Source: Synergistales bacterium
GTDB taxonomy: Bacteria; Synergistota; Synergistia; Synergistales; JAFGMB01
Direction of reading: 5' to 3'
DNA length: 64,000 bases
Assembly (NCBI GenBank): GCA_963666205.1
Contig: OY762654.1
Span: 1,888,001-1,952,000 of the forward strand
The position numbers and the translations under genes were made by a program. Under the pieces are notes generated by a model. It ran no database searches. It was not told the origin of the DNA and saw only the letters and a program-made list of their open reading frames with translations. Shown here piece after piece: positions 48,857 to 58,408 of the stretch (its first letter is position 1; the number at the start of each line of letters is the position of its first letter).

Positions 48857-49067
48857 AATCTAATCTCCTTTCAGGTTTCTGCAGAAGGCTGTGCTTTTTA
48901 TCAATCATTAAAAGGCATACCTGATCATATCGAAGTATAAAGAGGTATCCGGGCATTTTCATCGTGTATGGATATCAGAAAAAGTATTTAATCATTGGAT
49001 TTATTTGTTCTTCATGCATAAAAAAGGTATTCTTTAAAGAAAGGCAATGAAGGCTGGTGGGATATCT

Positions 49068-50255
49068 ATGCTCGAGAAATATGCCCAGGAAATATCTGAT
49101 ACGACCTCAAAGATAATTGGATACCATGTCCTTGTTACAGATAAGCAGGGGATCGTTATAGGAAGCAGCAACCCTGAACGGTTGGGGAAATCTCTTTTTG
49201 AGGCTCCTCAAGTTATCCGATCCAGGAAGGGATATATAGTCAGCGAAGAAGAAGCCTTGCAAGTAAATGATACGAAACCTGGCGTTACCTATCCCATAGA
49301 AGACGTAGATGGCCGGATAACAGGAACCATAGCCATAGCTGGTGATCCTGATAAGGTAACTCCTTTTGCCCTGATAGTGAAAAAACAGGCGGAGATGTAT
49401 CTCAGGGAAAAAGCTTTCCTGGAAACAGCTCTGAACAGGGAAAGAACTGTACAGATATTCATGAAGGATGTTCTGGCCTTTGATCCAAGGATTTCAGGCA
49501 AGGAGGCCCTGGAACAGAGAGCCTGTGAGTTCGGCTATGATAAAAAATGGAAATATGTTCCCATATACGTTAAGTATCAGTTGGACTCTTCCGGAACAGG
49601 GTTGGATGAGAATTGCCTTCTTTATCGTCGTGCCGAGTCCCTTTTGCGGAGTGTTTTTGCAGGAAGGAATGATATTTCTGCATGTATGGGCAAGGATGTT
49701 ATCCTCCTGTTTCATGCCCTGCCGAATAGAAACCAGCAGGAGGATGAGACCTTTCGGATCATTACCGGAAAATGCCTGAACCTTGAGAAGCTGATGGCAG
49801 GCCAAGGCTTTTCTGCTTTTTTGGGAATAGGTTCCATTGTTTCTGACCTTGAAGAATGGGGAAAATCCTATATGGAAGCTATGCAGGTCCTCGAAAGGGG
49901 CAGGATATTCTACCCCTCCAGAAAGGTGTTCATCATAAGGGATCATCGTCTGCATGAGATGGTAGCCAGTGCAAGAAAAGATCTAAGATCTAATTTTGCT
50001 GGAGACCAGTTATCCGGTCTGAATTCGCAGCGGGATCGCCTGGAACTTAAGGAAACCATAGAGAAGTGGTGTCAATGTAATTTCAGTGTCAGGGATACCT
50101 CTGAAGAACTCCACATTCACAGAAATACCCTTCATTACAGAATAGACAAGATCGAAAAGATCTGCGGCTTCGGTGTGAGAGATTTCACCAGGATGATGGA
50201 ACTCTATCTGGCCCTTCAGCTTGAAAAAATCAACCTTCTTGAATCCTCCAGTTGA
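49068..50255 (+). CDS. CdaR/PucR-family regulator, paralogue
   Basis: MLEKYAQE start shared with the 46489 gene; LHIHRNTLHYRIDKI. Confidence 0.9.
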   Translation: MLEKYAQEISDTTSKIIGYHVLVTDKQGIVIGSSNPERLGKSLFEAPQVIRSRKGYIVSEEEALQVNDTKPGVTYPIEDVDGRITGTIAIAGDPDKVTPFALIVKKQAEMYLREKAFLETALNRERTVQIFMKDVLAFDPRISGKEALEQRACEFGYDKKWKYVPIYVKYQLDSSGTGLDENCLLYRRAESLLRSVFAGRNDISACMGKDVILLFHALPNRNQQEDETFRIITGKCLNLEKLMAGQGFSAFLGIGSIVSDLEEWGKSYMEAMQVLERGRIFYPSRKVFIIRDHRLHEMVASARKDLRSNFAGDQLSGLNSQRDRLELKETIEKWCQCNFSVRDTSEELHIHRNTLHYRIDKIEKICGFGVRDFTRMMELYLALQLEKINLLESSS

Positions 50256-50282
50256 TAAGGTATCAGTGTAGATCTGGCTTGT

Positions 50283-50341
50283 CCATATACTTGCAGGTGC
50301 AATTATATTATGATAATATAATTGCACCTGCAAGTATATGG
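50283..50341. promoter_or_regulatory. 59-bp perfect inverted repeat (29-1-29) upstream of marR; probable double operator
   Basis: ccatatacttgcaggtgcaattatattat-g-ataatataattgcacctgcaagtatatgg. Confidence 0.8.
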
Positions 50342-50348
50342 GGGTGTA

Positions 50349-50783
50349 ATGTTGGGATCCAAATGGTCTCCGGGCAGAAATATTTCAAGGATCTATAGAA
50401 TATGCCAGCTTGATCTGGACAGGGCGTTTGCTGAAAGCGGTCTTGGGAAGGGTCTATATCTATGCCTGGTAGAACTTGCCCGACAGGAAGGGATCAATCA
50501 GAAGACCCTTGCTGAAAGACTTGTTCTGGATCAGGCTTCCGTCACCCGATCGGTAAGAAGACTTGTTGCCATGGGATGTGTTGATCGAAGGGATGATCCG
50601 GAGGATGGCAGGGCTCACCGGCTGTTTTTAAGTGAAAAGGGCAGACACCTGCTTGTCAGAGTCAGAGAAAGACTTGATGAGTGGGATAGTGCTGCTATAG
50701 GAAATTTTTCAGCAGAGGAAAGGAAAATCTTTGCTGAGCTGCTGAAGAAGATGGAATTAAACCTGATGAAGGCTAGAGACTGA
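50349..50783 (+). CDS. MarR-family regulator
   Basis: GINQKTLAERL..ASVTRSVRRL..DPEDGR..LSEKG. Confidence 0.9.
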   Translation: MLGSKWSPGRNISRIYRICQLDLDRAFAESGLGKGLYLCLVELARQEGINQKTLAERLVLDQASVTRSVRRLVAMGCVDRRDDPEDGRAHRLFLSEKGRHLLVRVRERLDEWDSAAIGNFSAEERKIFAELLKKMELNLMKARD

Positions 50784-50809
50784 TCAGAGAAGAGAATGGA
50801 GGATGAATA

Positions 50810-52099
50810 ATGAGCAATTATGAGATGGGCAGACAATTTGCAGAAAAACTGGACATGAAAGATCCCCTAGCATCATTGAGGGATCGATTCTATATTCCCT
50901 CTGAAACGATATACATGGATGGTAATTCCCTTGGACTTGCTTCAAAAGACTCGGAGGAAAGTCTCTTGAGGGTTATGGAAGAGTGGAAAAAACTGGGGAT
51001 CAGGGGATGGCTTGATGCGAAAAATCCATGGTTCTTCATTCCGGAGGACCTTGGTTTTAAAATGGCATCTCTCATGGGTGCCATGACGGATGAAGTCATC
51101 ATGACAGGATCAACGACCGCCAACCTGCATTCGCTTGTTTCAACTTTTTACAAGCCCTGGGAGGGTCGAAAAAAGATCATAGCAGATGAACTCAATTTCC
51201 CCTCTGATATATATGCCCTTAAAAGCCAGATCCGCCTTCATGGACTGGATCCGGAAGAAAACCTGATACTTGTAAAAAGCCGGGATGGAAAGACCATCCT
51301 GGAAGAAGATATTATGGCTGCAATGGATGAAACTGTTTCTGTTGCAGTCCTTCCAGGAGTCCTTTACCGGAGCGGCCAGCTTCTTGATATGAAAAAGCTG
51401 ACGGAATATGCCCACAGCAGAGGAGTGATAATCGGATTCGACTGTGCTCATTCTGCGGGAGCTGTTCCACATTATCTTGATGATTGGGATGTGGATTTTG
51501 CCTTCTGGTGCAGCTATAAACATCTGAATGGAGGACCGGGTAGCCCTGCTTTCCTGTACCTGAACCGTAAACATTTCGATAAGGAGCCAGGGCTTGCAGG
51601 CTGGTATGGGTATAAAAAAGAAAAACAGTTCGACCTTGCCATAGAATTTGATCATTCCCGAACCGCGGGAGGCTGGCAGATGGGAACACCCTGTATTCTT
51701 TCCACAGCATCTCTGGAGGGTGCATTGAACCTCTTCTCCGAGGTGGGTATAGAAGAAGTGCGGAAAAAATCTCTTGAACTGACATCCTATCTTATGTACC
51801 TTGTGGATTCGCTGATCTCTAAAGAGCCCTACAATTTTACGATAGGAACTCCCCGGGAATCGGGGAGGAGAGGCGGCCACGTGGCAATAGAACATGCCGA
51901 AGAGGCCTGGCGGATCTGCTGTGCCCTTAAGGCAAGGGGTATAATTCCCGATTTCAGACCGGAATCTGTGGTACGTATAGCACCTGTGGCCCTTTACAAT
52001 ACTTTTACCGAAGTCTGGGAAGTGGTGAATGCCCTTAAAGAGATAATTGATAATAGAGAGTACGAAAAGTACAGCAGGGAAAGGGATGCCGTTTCCTGA
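50810..52099 (+). CDS. kynU: Kynureninase
   Basis: YMDGNSLGL, FPSD, DCAHSAG, WCSYKHLNGGPG, DFRP, RIAP..YNT. Confidence 0.93.
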   Translation: MSNYEMGRQFAEKLDMKDPLASLRDRFYIPSETIYMDGNSLGLASKDSEESLLRVMEEWKKLGIRGWLDAKNPWFFIPEDLGFKMASLMGAMTDEVIMTGSTTANLHSLVSTFYKPWEGRKKIIADELNFPSDIYALKSQIRLHGLDPEENLILVKSRDGKTILEEDIMAAMDETVSVAVLPGVLYRSGQLLDMKKLTEYAHSRGVIIGFDCAHSAGAVPHYLDDWDVDFAFWCSYKHLNGGPGSPAFLYLNRKHFDKEPGLAGWYGYKKEKQFDLAIEFDHSRTAGGWQMGTPCILSTASLEGALNLFSEVGIEEVRKKSLELTSYLMYLVDSLISKEPYNFTIGTPRESGRRGGHVAIEHAEEAWRICCALKARGIIPDFRPESVVRIAPVALYNTFTEVWEVVNALKEIIDNREYEKYSRERDAVS

Positions 52100-52122
52100 G
52101 ATCTGTTTTATTTTTTTCGGTT

Positions 52123-52158
52123 AAGGAGCGCATGCCTTCCGGGATGCGCTCCTTTTTT
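52123..52158 (+). terminator. Intrinsic terminator
   Basis: aaggagcgcat/atgcgctcctt plus U-tract. Confidence 0.85.
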
Positions 52159-52265
52159 ACAGGGATGGGCCAGTCAGGAGTAGAAGTCGGGAGCGCAATT
52201 ATGATACATTGCTCTGCAATGGTTTCTTTAAGGATTTTACCCGAGGGCATTTATGGAGGTACTGA

Positions 52266-53153
52266 ATGAAAGGCAGAATAAGAACCATCGCAGCTGATAT
52301 TCTTGCAATGATGAAACGCGAAAGATCGACCCTGGTTACTTCGACCCTGGGAACTCTTCTGATGTGTTTCGGAATAATGGCACTCACCATTCCCTACAGG
52401 TTCCCCGATACCGGGGTAACCGGTCTTGCAATACTGTCCAATTATGTATGGGGATTATCCCCGGCATGGATAATAGCTGTCCTGAATATTATTCTCTTCG
52501 TGTGGGGATGGCGCCAGCTCTCACCCCGTTTTATCCTGTGGACGATCTACGTTGTAGCCCTGACCACTGTGGGATTAAAACTCTTTGGCATGTTTGAGTA
52601 TCCTCTTATAGAAGAGACCCTTCTGGCGGCGATCCTTGGCGGAGTAATAAAGGGTCTGGGTATAGGCCTCGTTCTCCGGGATGGATCTTCAACGGGTGGA
52701 ACGGATATTGTTGCTGTAGCTTTGCGAAAGAGATATGGCGTAGATATCGGTATGTACAATTTCTATATCAACATTTTCATCCTTCTCGGGAGCTTTTTTG
52801 TTGTAGGTCTCGAAGGGGTTCTTTTTGGAGGAGTCATGCTTTACACTGAAGGCATTGTAATAGATAGCGTACTTCGTTCATTTGACAGGAGAAAACAGCT
52901 TTTCATTGTTACAGGTAAAGTAGAGAAAACAAAAAGGTTCATTATTGACGAGTTGGGCAAGGGAGCCACCCTTCTATGTGGTGAGGGTGCCTACTCGGGG
53001 AAAGATAAACCGGTTCTGATGTCCGTCCTCACGAGGCGGCAGATGGTGGAACTCAAACGGTTTCTTGCAGAAAACGATCCATCGGCCTTTGTCATTATTA
53101 CCGATGCGGCAGAGGTTGTTGGCGAGGGATTCCGGAGCTGGAAAGATATTTAG
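52266..53153 (+). CDS. YitT-family membrane protein
   Basis: GVTGLA, GSSTGGTD, GATLL..GAYSG, DPSAF...EVVGEGF. Confidence 0.9.
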   Translation: MKGRIRTIAADILAMMKRERSTLVTSTLGTLLMCFGIMALTIPYRFPDTGVTGLAILSNYVWGLSPAWIIAVLNIILFVWGWRQLSPRFILWTIYVVALTTVGLKLFGMFEYPLIEETLLAAILGGVIKGLGIGLVLRDGSSTGGTDIVAVALRKRYGVDIGMYNFYINIFILLGSFFVVGLEGVLFGGVMLYTEGIVIDSVLRSFDRRKQLFIVTGKVEKTKRFIIDELGKGATLLCGEGAYSGKDKPVLMSVLTRRQMVELKRFLAENDPSAFVIITDAAEVVGEGFRSWKDI

Positions 53154-53245
53154 ATCTCTGCCTTTTCTCATGGGGCTGAGATCAGCTGAGCGTGGCGTTA
53201 TTTCCGGGTCTGGGAAGATCTTTATGACCCATTTTATTTATATCT

Positions 53246-54169
53246 CTATGCCTGCTGTCTCATTTTTCCAGAGACCATAAGGTTCTCGGTAGTATATATA
53301 ACCAGAGCTGTCCATATGCATCCAAAGGTTACGAACTGGGCAGGGGTAAAGGCTTCTCCATATGCGAATATTCCCAGGAGAAAGGAAATTGTGGGAGAGA
53401 GATATTGTAGAATTCCCACTGTTACAAGACTAAGTCTTTTTGCACCGTAGACGAAAGTGATAAGTGGAATTGAGGTAGCGATGCCCGTTCCCAGAAGAAG
53501 AAGATCTGTTTTAATCCCCAGGTCTCCCAATGCTCCCCCGCCATGAAATTCAAGAAGCCCCAGATAGATCAGGGCTGGAATTGAAAGAAACAGCGTTTCC
53601 ACAAATAACCCTACACTTGATTCGACTTCTGCCATCTTTCTCAAAAGACTGTAAGTGCCGAAGGTAAAGGCGAGCCCAAGGGAAACCCATGGCAGCTGTC
53701 CATATCTGAAAAGTTGATAAAGAACTCCCGATGCGGCTATTGCTATGGCAAGCCATTGAAGTTTGCGGAGACGATCCCTGAAAAAGAGAAAACCGAAAAA
53801 AACGTTTACCATAGGTGTTATGAAATACCCGAGACTTGCCTCGATGACCCTGTCTGAATTTACTGCCCAGATGTAAATAAGCCAGTTTCCACAGACAAGG
53901 GTTCCGGTGATGAGAAGCATCCTGAGGACTGAAGGAGTAGTGAGGGCCTTCGCGACTTTTCCCCATTTCTTCTGTACCGATAAAAGAAGGGCAAGGAAAA
54001 CCACTGACCATATTATCCTGTTGGCCAGTATCTCCAGGGGTGAAACCTTCTGGAGAAGTTTCCAGTAGGCTGGAAGGAAACCCCAGACGATAAAAGTTGC
54101 CATGGTCGCTATAAACCCTTTGAAGGACTGGCTCTCCGTTCTTTTCACCGGATGTTTCTCCTTTAGCAT
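53246..54169 (-). CDS. rarD: RarD-family EamA transporter
   Basis: WGFLPAYW, EILANRIIWS, NWLIYIWAVN, EASLGYFI, LQYLSP. Confidence 0.9.
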   Translation of the reverse strand: MLKEKHPVKRTESQSFKGFIATMATFIVWGFLPAYWKLLQKVSPLEILANRIIWSVVFLALLLSVQKKWGKVAKALTTPSVLRMLLITGTLVCGNWLIYIWAVNSDRVIEASLGYFITPMVNVFFGFLFFRDRLRKLQWLAIAIAASGVLYQLFRYGQLPWVSLGLAFTFGTYSLLRKMAEVESSVGLFVETLFLSIPALIYLGLLEFHGGGALGDLGIKTDLLLLGTGIATSIPLITFVYGAKRLSLVTVGILQYLSPTISFLLGIFAYGEAFTPAQFVTFGCIWTALVIYTTENLMVSGKMRQQA

Positions 54170-54297
54170 GTCAAAAGTTTCTCTATTCTACACCATTATC
54201 TGATTTTCAACTCCTTCAAAATATGCCTGCTCGCAAAGCATTGATTTATCAATTCATAGTGATGTAGAATAACTTCATATGGGAGTTGGAAAAGTAA

Positions 54298-54624
54298 AAA
54301 AGATCTTTATTGTGTCTCTCCGTTATCCTGATCCAGTTGTTGATATCCCTCCCTTCCAGCCCGTTAGTGGCTCAGACAGAATAACAGGCATGGCGGTGGC
54401 ATCCCGTGATGGAGAGGTGGAGGGGGTTTCCTGTGGGATTTGTGATGATCGTTCCTCTTCTGATAGCTATTATTCTGTTATGGCCTATCTTTAAGGGTTC
54501 GGGAAGAAAGGAGTTCCCGATTTACAGGACTGAGACTGCCATTGATATTCTGAAGAAACGTTACGCCCGGGGAGAGATCACAAAAGAAGAGTTTCTGGAA
54601 ATGAAAAAGGATCTGGAGGAATAA
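54298..54624 (+). pseudogene. SHOCT-domain membrane protein; upstream signal-peptide segment cut off by an in-frame TAA (54382)
   Basis: AIDILKKRYARGEITKEEF SHOCT motif in 54406-54624; the same frame upstream reads KRSLLCLSVILIQLLISLPSSPLVAQTE*. Confidence 0.55.
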
Positions 54625-54719
54625 AAATCGGCCTTTCTGGAAGGATCAAATGGAAATACAGGTTGTTTTGCTATACTGATAAGCGGAATTATTACCGGGG
54701 ATAAAGGAAAACTTACAGA

Positions 54720-55049
54720 ATGGATAAAAAAGAAGGATTAACTCACAAGATCAGTATTTTGGGCTGGGGCCTGTTCCTTGTCTGGCTTGGTTTATTTCAG
54801 TGGATGCACTTCAGGATCGGTTTCTTTCTTCTGGGTTTAGGAACGATCATCCTGATCGTTCAGGCTTCCAGGAAATATTTTACCCTTAAACAGGAGAATT
54901 TCTGGATCGTGGCGGGGATCTTCTGCATTGTTGGCGGGCTATGGGACCTTATCGAAACGGATCTCCCCCTTGTGCCTCTGCTGCTTATAATCGCAGGTTT
55001 TGTCCTCATTCTTTCGGCTATCTGGGGTAGAGAGAGATTCCCTTTCTGA
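54720..55049 (+). CDS. Small 4-TM hypothetical membrane protein
   Basis: Four hydrophobic segments; WGLFLVWLG. Confidence 0.7.
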   Translation: MDKKEGLTHKISILGWGLFLVWLGLFQWMHFRIGFFLLGLGTIILIVQASRKYFTLKQENFWIVAGIFCIVGGLWDLIETDLPLVPLLLIIAGFVLILSAIWGRERFPF

Positions 55050-55144
55050 AATTTAAATCTTTCCCTGGATGTTGAGGATTAACCTGTTAACTGCCTTAAC
55101 TGTTGAATTCCCATTTCAGGGAGAAATAATCCTGGAGAAGTCAA

Positions 55145-56950
55145 ATGCGAAGAACAGCTTCTCTGAAGGCCATTTTTATAGTGCTCCTTTTCCTTTTTCT
55201 TCTTACGCCCTTGATGTGGGATTTTTCAGGGCCTGATGTCTTTCAGAAAACTCCCACATTCTACCGGGGAGATTATTCCTATGCCATTAATCATGCTGAA
55301 AACCGGATCAGTTATCTTATGACAGAATACCATCTGCCCTGTTTTGCCTTTGCCATGGTGGATGATCAGAAAGTCATCTATCAGGCTGTGAGTGGTTATA
55401 AGGATCTGCAGGAGGGGCTAATGGCCGACCTTGAAACGCTCTTTCGTGTATGTTCCATATCCAAGGTCTTTACAGCTATTGAAATAATGCGTCTCTACGA
55501 AGAAGGACTTGTCGATATTGATCTTCCCCTTTCGAAATATATTCCTTATTTTTCAATAAAAAGCCGTTTCAGGAATGAGGACCCTGTAACTCTCCGTAAA
55601 ATTCTTGCTCATCGTTCAGGTCTGCCCAGAAATGGCTGTCTGCTGCCCTGGCACTGGGATGGGCAGCCGAATGTTCTCGAAGATGTTGTCCGTTCACTGA
55701 AATATTCCTATATGGCATATCCACCGGGGTATAGGTACAAGTATTCAAATGTTGGATTCGACATTCTTGGTCATATTATCGAGAAAAAAAGAAAGAAATT
55801 GTTCCCTGAATATATGGACAGAGATGTATTGCCTGATATGGATATGGAGGAGAGCACATTCCTCCCTTTATCTGATGACATCGGCAGGATTGCCAGGGGT
55901 TACAGCTATGCTAAGGGGACCTTCTCCTCTTACGGTCGATATGAATTGAACCAGATGGCTTCGGCCAACCTCCACTCTACCATACCGGATATCTGTGATT
56001 TCATGCGTTTTATTTTCAGGAAGGGACAGGTCGGACAAGGGCAGCGAATAAAGGGGGAAACCCTGGAAATGATGTTTCAGCCCCAGTACTCCTGGCCTGG
56101 AGATCCCCACGAAAATGGTCTTGCCTGGCGGACAGACACTCATCGATTCTCGGAACTTACAGTTTTTCATCATGGAATATGTATGGGTACTCAGTCTCTT
56201 ATTGCACTGATGCCTGAAAAGAAACAGGGTATAGTTCTTATCTGTAACTCTTCCAGCATAGATGATTCCATTCTTCTTGAATTCGGATTTGAAATTCTGG
56301 GATTGATGTTGCAGACAATAGATGGAGTGCTTCCAAAGTCTGAATCAGGGCCCCAACCATCAGGTTCCCCTCAAACATCATCCGAAAAGGATCAATATGA
56401 AGGCAAATATTGTCTGGATGGTGAAATAATTGAACTTTTTATTAAAAGTGAAGATCTCAAAGTAAAGATCGAACCTGGAGAAATGGAATTGCTCCCACTG
56501 GAGGGGCGAAGGTTTTCACTGTCCAGTGATATGAGATCCCTTGAAAGGTTCGGGAAAATAGAAGTGGAGTTCTTCCTGGATGAGATTAGCAGAGACTGGA
56601 TGATGCATATTTTCAGGGGTGGAATGTATGTGGGTACTGCAATTAAATGTCCAGTTCTCGACGAGACCGCCCTTGAAAAATGGAGAAAACTTGAGGGGAA
56701 ATATGAGGCTTATCCCCGTTTTGAATCACGGTTTACAGGAGAGAAAAGATTCGGCCATGCTGAAATAATTTTAAAGGATAACTTTTTGCTATTGCCTTCC
56801 CACAGGGCTGTCCTGATGCCATTAAATGATATGGAGCTTGTTATAAAGGGAGGGCTCTTTGATGGAGAGACCATGCTTTATGACCCTGTTACAGGTTACA
56901 TAACCTGGCAGGATGTGGTCTATTTTCGACCAGGGAAAGAAAGACATTAA
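55145..56950 (+). CDS. Exported serine hydrolase (beta-lactamase/S12 family) with C-terminal beta domains
   Basis: Signal/TM segment; CSISK, LAHRSG, YSN, HHG. Confidence 0.88.
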   Translation: MRRTASLKAIFIVLLFLFLLTPLMWDFSGPDVFQKTPTFYRGDYSYAINHAENRISYLMTEYHLPCFAFAMVDDQKVIYQAVSGYKDLQEGLMADLETLFRVCSISKVFTAIEIMRLYEEGLVDIDLPLSKYIPYFSIKSRFRNEDPVTLRKILAHRSGLPRNGCLLPWHWDGQPNVLEDVVRSLKYSYMAYPPGYRYKYSNVGFDILGHIIEKKRKKLFPEYMDRDVLPDMDMEESTFLPLSDDIGRIARGYSYAKGTFSSYGRYELNQMASANLHSTIPDICDFMRFIFRKGQVGQGQRIKGETLEMMFQPQYSWPGDPHENGLAWRTDTHRFSELTVFHHGICMGTQSLIALMPEKKQGIVLICNSSSIDDSILLEFGFEILGLMLQTIDGVLPKSESGPQPSGSPQTSSEKDQYEGKYCLDGEIIELFIKSEDLKVKIEPGEMELLPLEGRRFSLSSDMRSLERFGKIEVEFFLDEISRDWMMHIFRGGMYVGTAIKCPVLDETALEKWRKLEGKYEAYPRFESRFTGEKRFGHAEIILKDNFLLLPSHRAVLMPLNDMELVIKGGLFDGETMLYDPVTGYITWQDVVYFRPGKERH

Positions 56951-57053
56951 AGTAACCCCCGCCTGATCCCCTTACATTTTAAATTAAATAATCAATCTTT
57001 TTCCGCCCTTGAAATTCTGATAAAGTACTTCCATTAACCTTATATTTAAAAGG

Positions 57054-58349
57054 GTGGATGATAGAATGTCAGCTTTAACTGCATTCAGAGGGCAGGTCCT
57101 TTACACCTCTGTTCCCGAGAAGTTCGAAACATTCGAGAAGGGTTATGTGATTGTCGAAGAGGGTAAGGTTCAAACTGTGGTTTCCACCCTGAGCGAAGAT
57201 CACAAAGCTGCTGAAATAGTGGATTTCGGAGATAAACTTCTTATTCCTTCATTTATGGATCTGCATATCCATGCTCCCCAGTATGCCTATAATGGACTGG
57301 GTATGGATGAAGAGCTTGTGGGATGGCTGGACAGATATGCCTTTCCCGAGGAAGCAAAGTTTTCCGACCCGGATTATGCAAGGAAGATCTACTCTAGAGT
57401 TGTTCACGACCTGTGGAAATATGGAAGTACAAGGGCAGTGGTCTTCGGGAGCCTTCACAAGGAGGCAACCAGGATCCTTCTGGATCTTCTGATTGAATCG
57501 GGTCTTGGAGGTTTCGTAGGAAAGGTCAACATGAACCGTAATTCCCCCGGTTTTCTTATTGAAACAACAGAACAGTCCCTTGCTGATACAGAAGAGATCG
57601 CCCGGGAGTATGCCAACAGATCCGATATGGTAAAACCCTGCATAACACCCCGTTTTATTCCCAGCTGTACCCTTGATCTTATGGAAGGTCTTGGAGATAT
57701 TGCGGAAAGATATAACCTTCCCGTACAGACCCATCTTTCTGAGGCCGTTGCAGAGGTGGAATGGTCCCGCCAGCTTCATCCTGAATTTGAGTATGACGGA
57801 GCGGTCTACGATCATTGCGGTCTCTTCGGCCAGACTCCTACCATAATGGCTCATTGTCTTTTCTGTCCCGAAGATGAGATCCGGATAATGGCTGAAAGGG
57901 GAATATTTGGAGTTCACTGTCCCTATGCCAACCTCAATGTTTCCGGAGGTATGATGCCCATGAGAAAGCTTCTTGATGCGGGTGTACCCGTAGGCCTTGG
58001 TTCCGACATTGCGGGAGGACACGTATTCTCCCTTTCGAATGTTATGAGTATGGCCGTTTGCATTTCCAAGATGGTCTGGCATCAGAGTGGGAAAAAATAT
58101 AAACCCCTTACAACGCCCGAAGCTTTCTATCTGGGGACCAAAAGTGGTGGATCCCTTTTCGGGAAAGTAGGCAGTTTTGAGCCCGGATATGAATTTGATG
58201 CCCTTGTAATAGATGATTCTGAACTTGGCGACAGTGGAAGAAGTCTTGAAGAGAGGCTTCAGAGATACATATATACCGGAGATGATCGCCAGATAGTAGA
58301 ACGTTACGTCAGGGGTAGAAAGATCAGGGAGCCGGAGATCGTTCATTAG
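57054..58349 (+). CDS. guaD: Guanine deaminase
   Basis: DLHIHAPQY, WL..YAFPEE, ITPRF, QTHLSE, MAHC, GSDIAGG. Confidence 0.9.
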   Translation: MDDRMSALTAFRGQVLYTSVPEKFETFEKGYVIVEEGKVQTVVSTLSEDHKAAEIVDFGDKLLIPSFMDLHIHAPQYAYNGLGMDEELVGWLDRYAFPEEAKFSDPDYARKIYSRVVHDLWKYGSTRAVVFGSLHKEATRILLDLLIESGLGGFVGKVNMNRNSPGFLIETTEQSLADTEEIAREYANRSDMVKPCITPRFIPSCTLDLMEGLGDIAERYNLPVQTHLSEAVAEVEWSRQLHPEFEYDGAVYDHCGLFGQTPTIMAHCLFCPEDEIRIMAERGIFGVHCPYANLNVSGGMMPMRKLLDAGVPVGLGSDIAGGHVFSLSNVMSMAVCISKMVWHQSGKKYKPLTTPEAFYLGTKSGGSLFGKVGSFEPGYEFDALVIDDSELGDSGRSLEERLQRYIYTGDDRQIVERYVRGRKIREPEIVH

Positions 58350-58408
58350 CCCATGGGGCAAATATATCATAGAGAGAAAAACAGCATAATTTCGGGAGGA
58401 GAGTTCCA

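Noticed and set aside
55079..55100. TTAAC repeats upstream of the exported serine hydrolase
   Set aside because: Spacing of 8 and 9 bp is irregular, unlike the phased array at 5040
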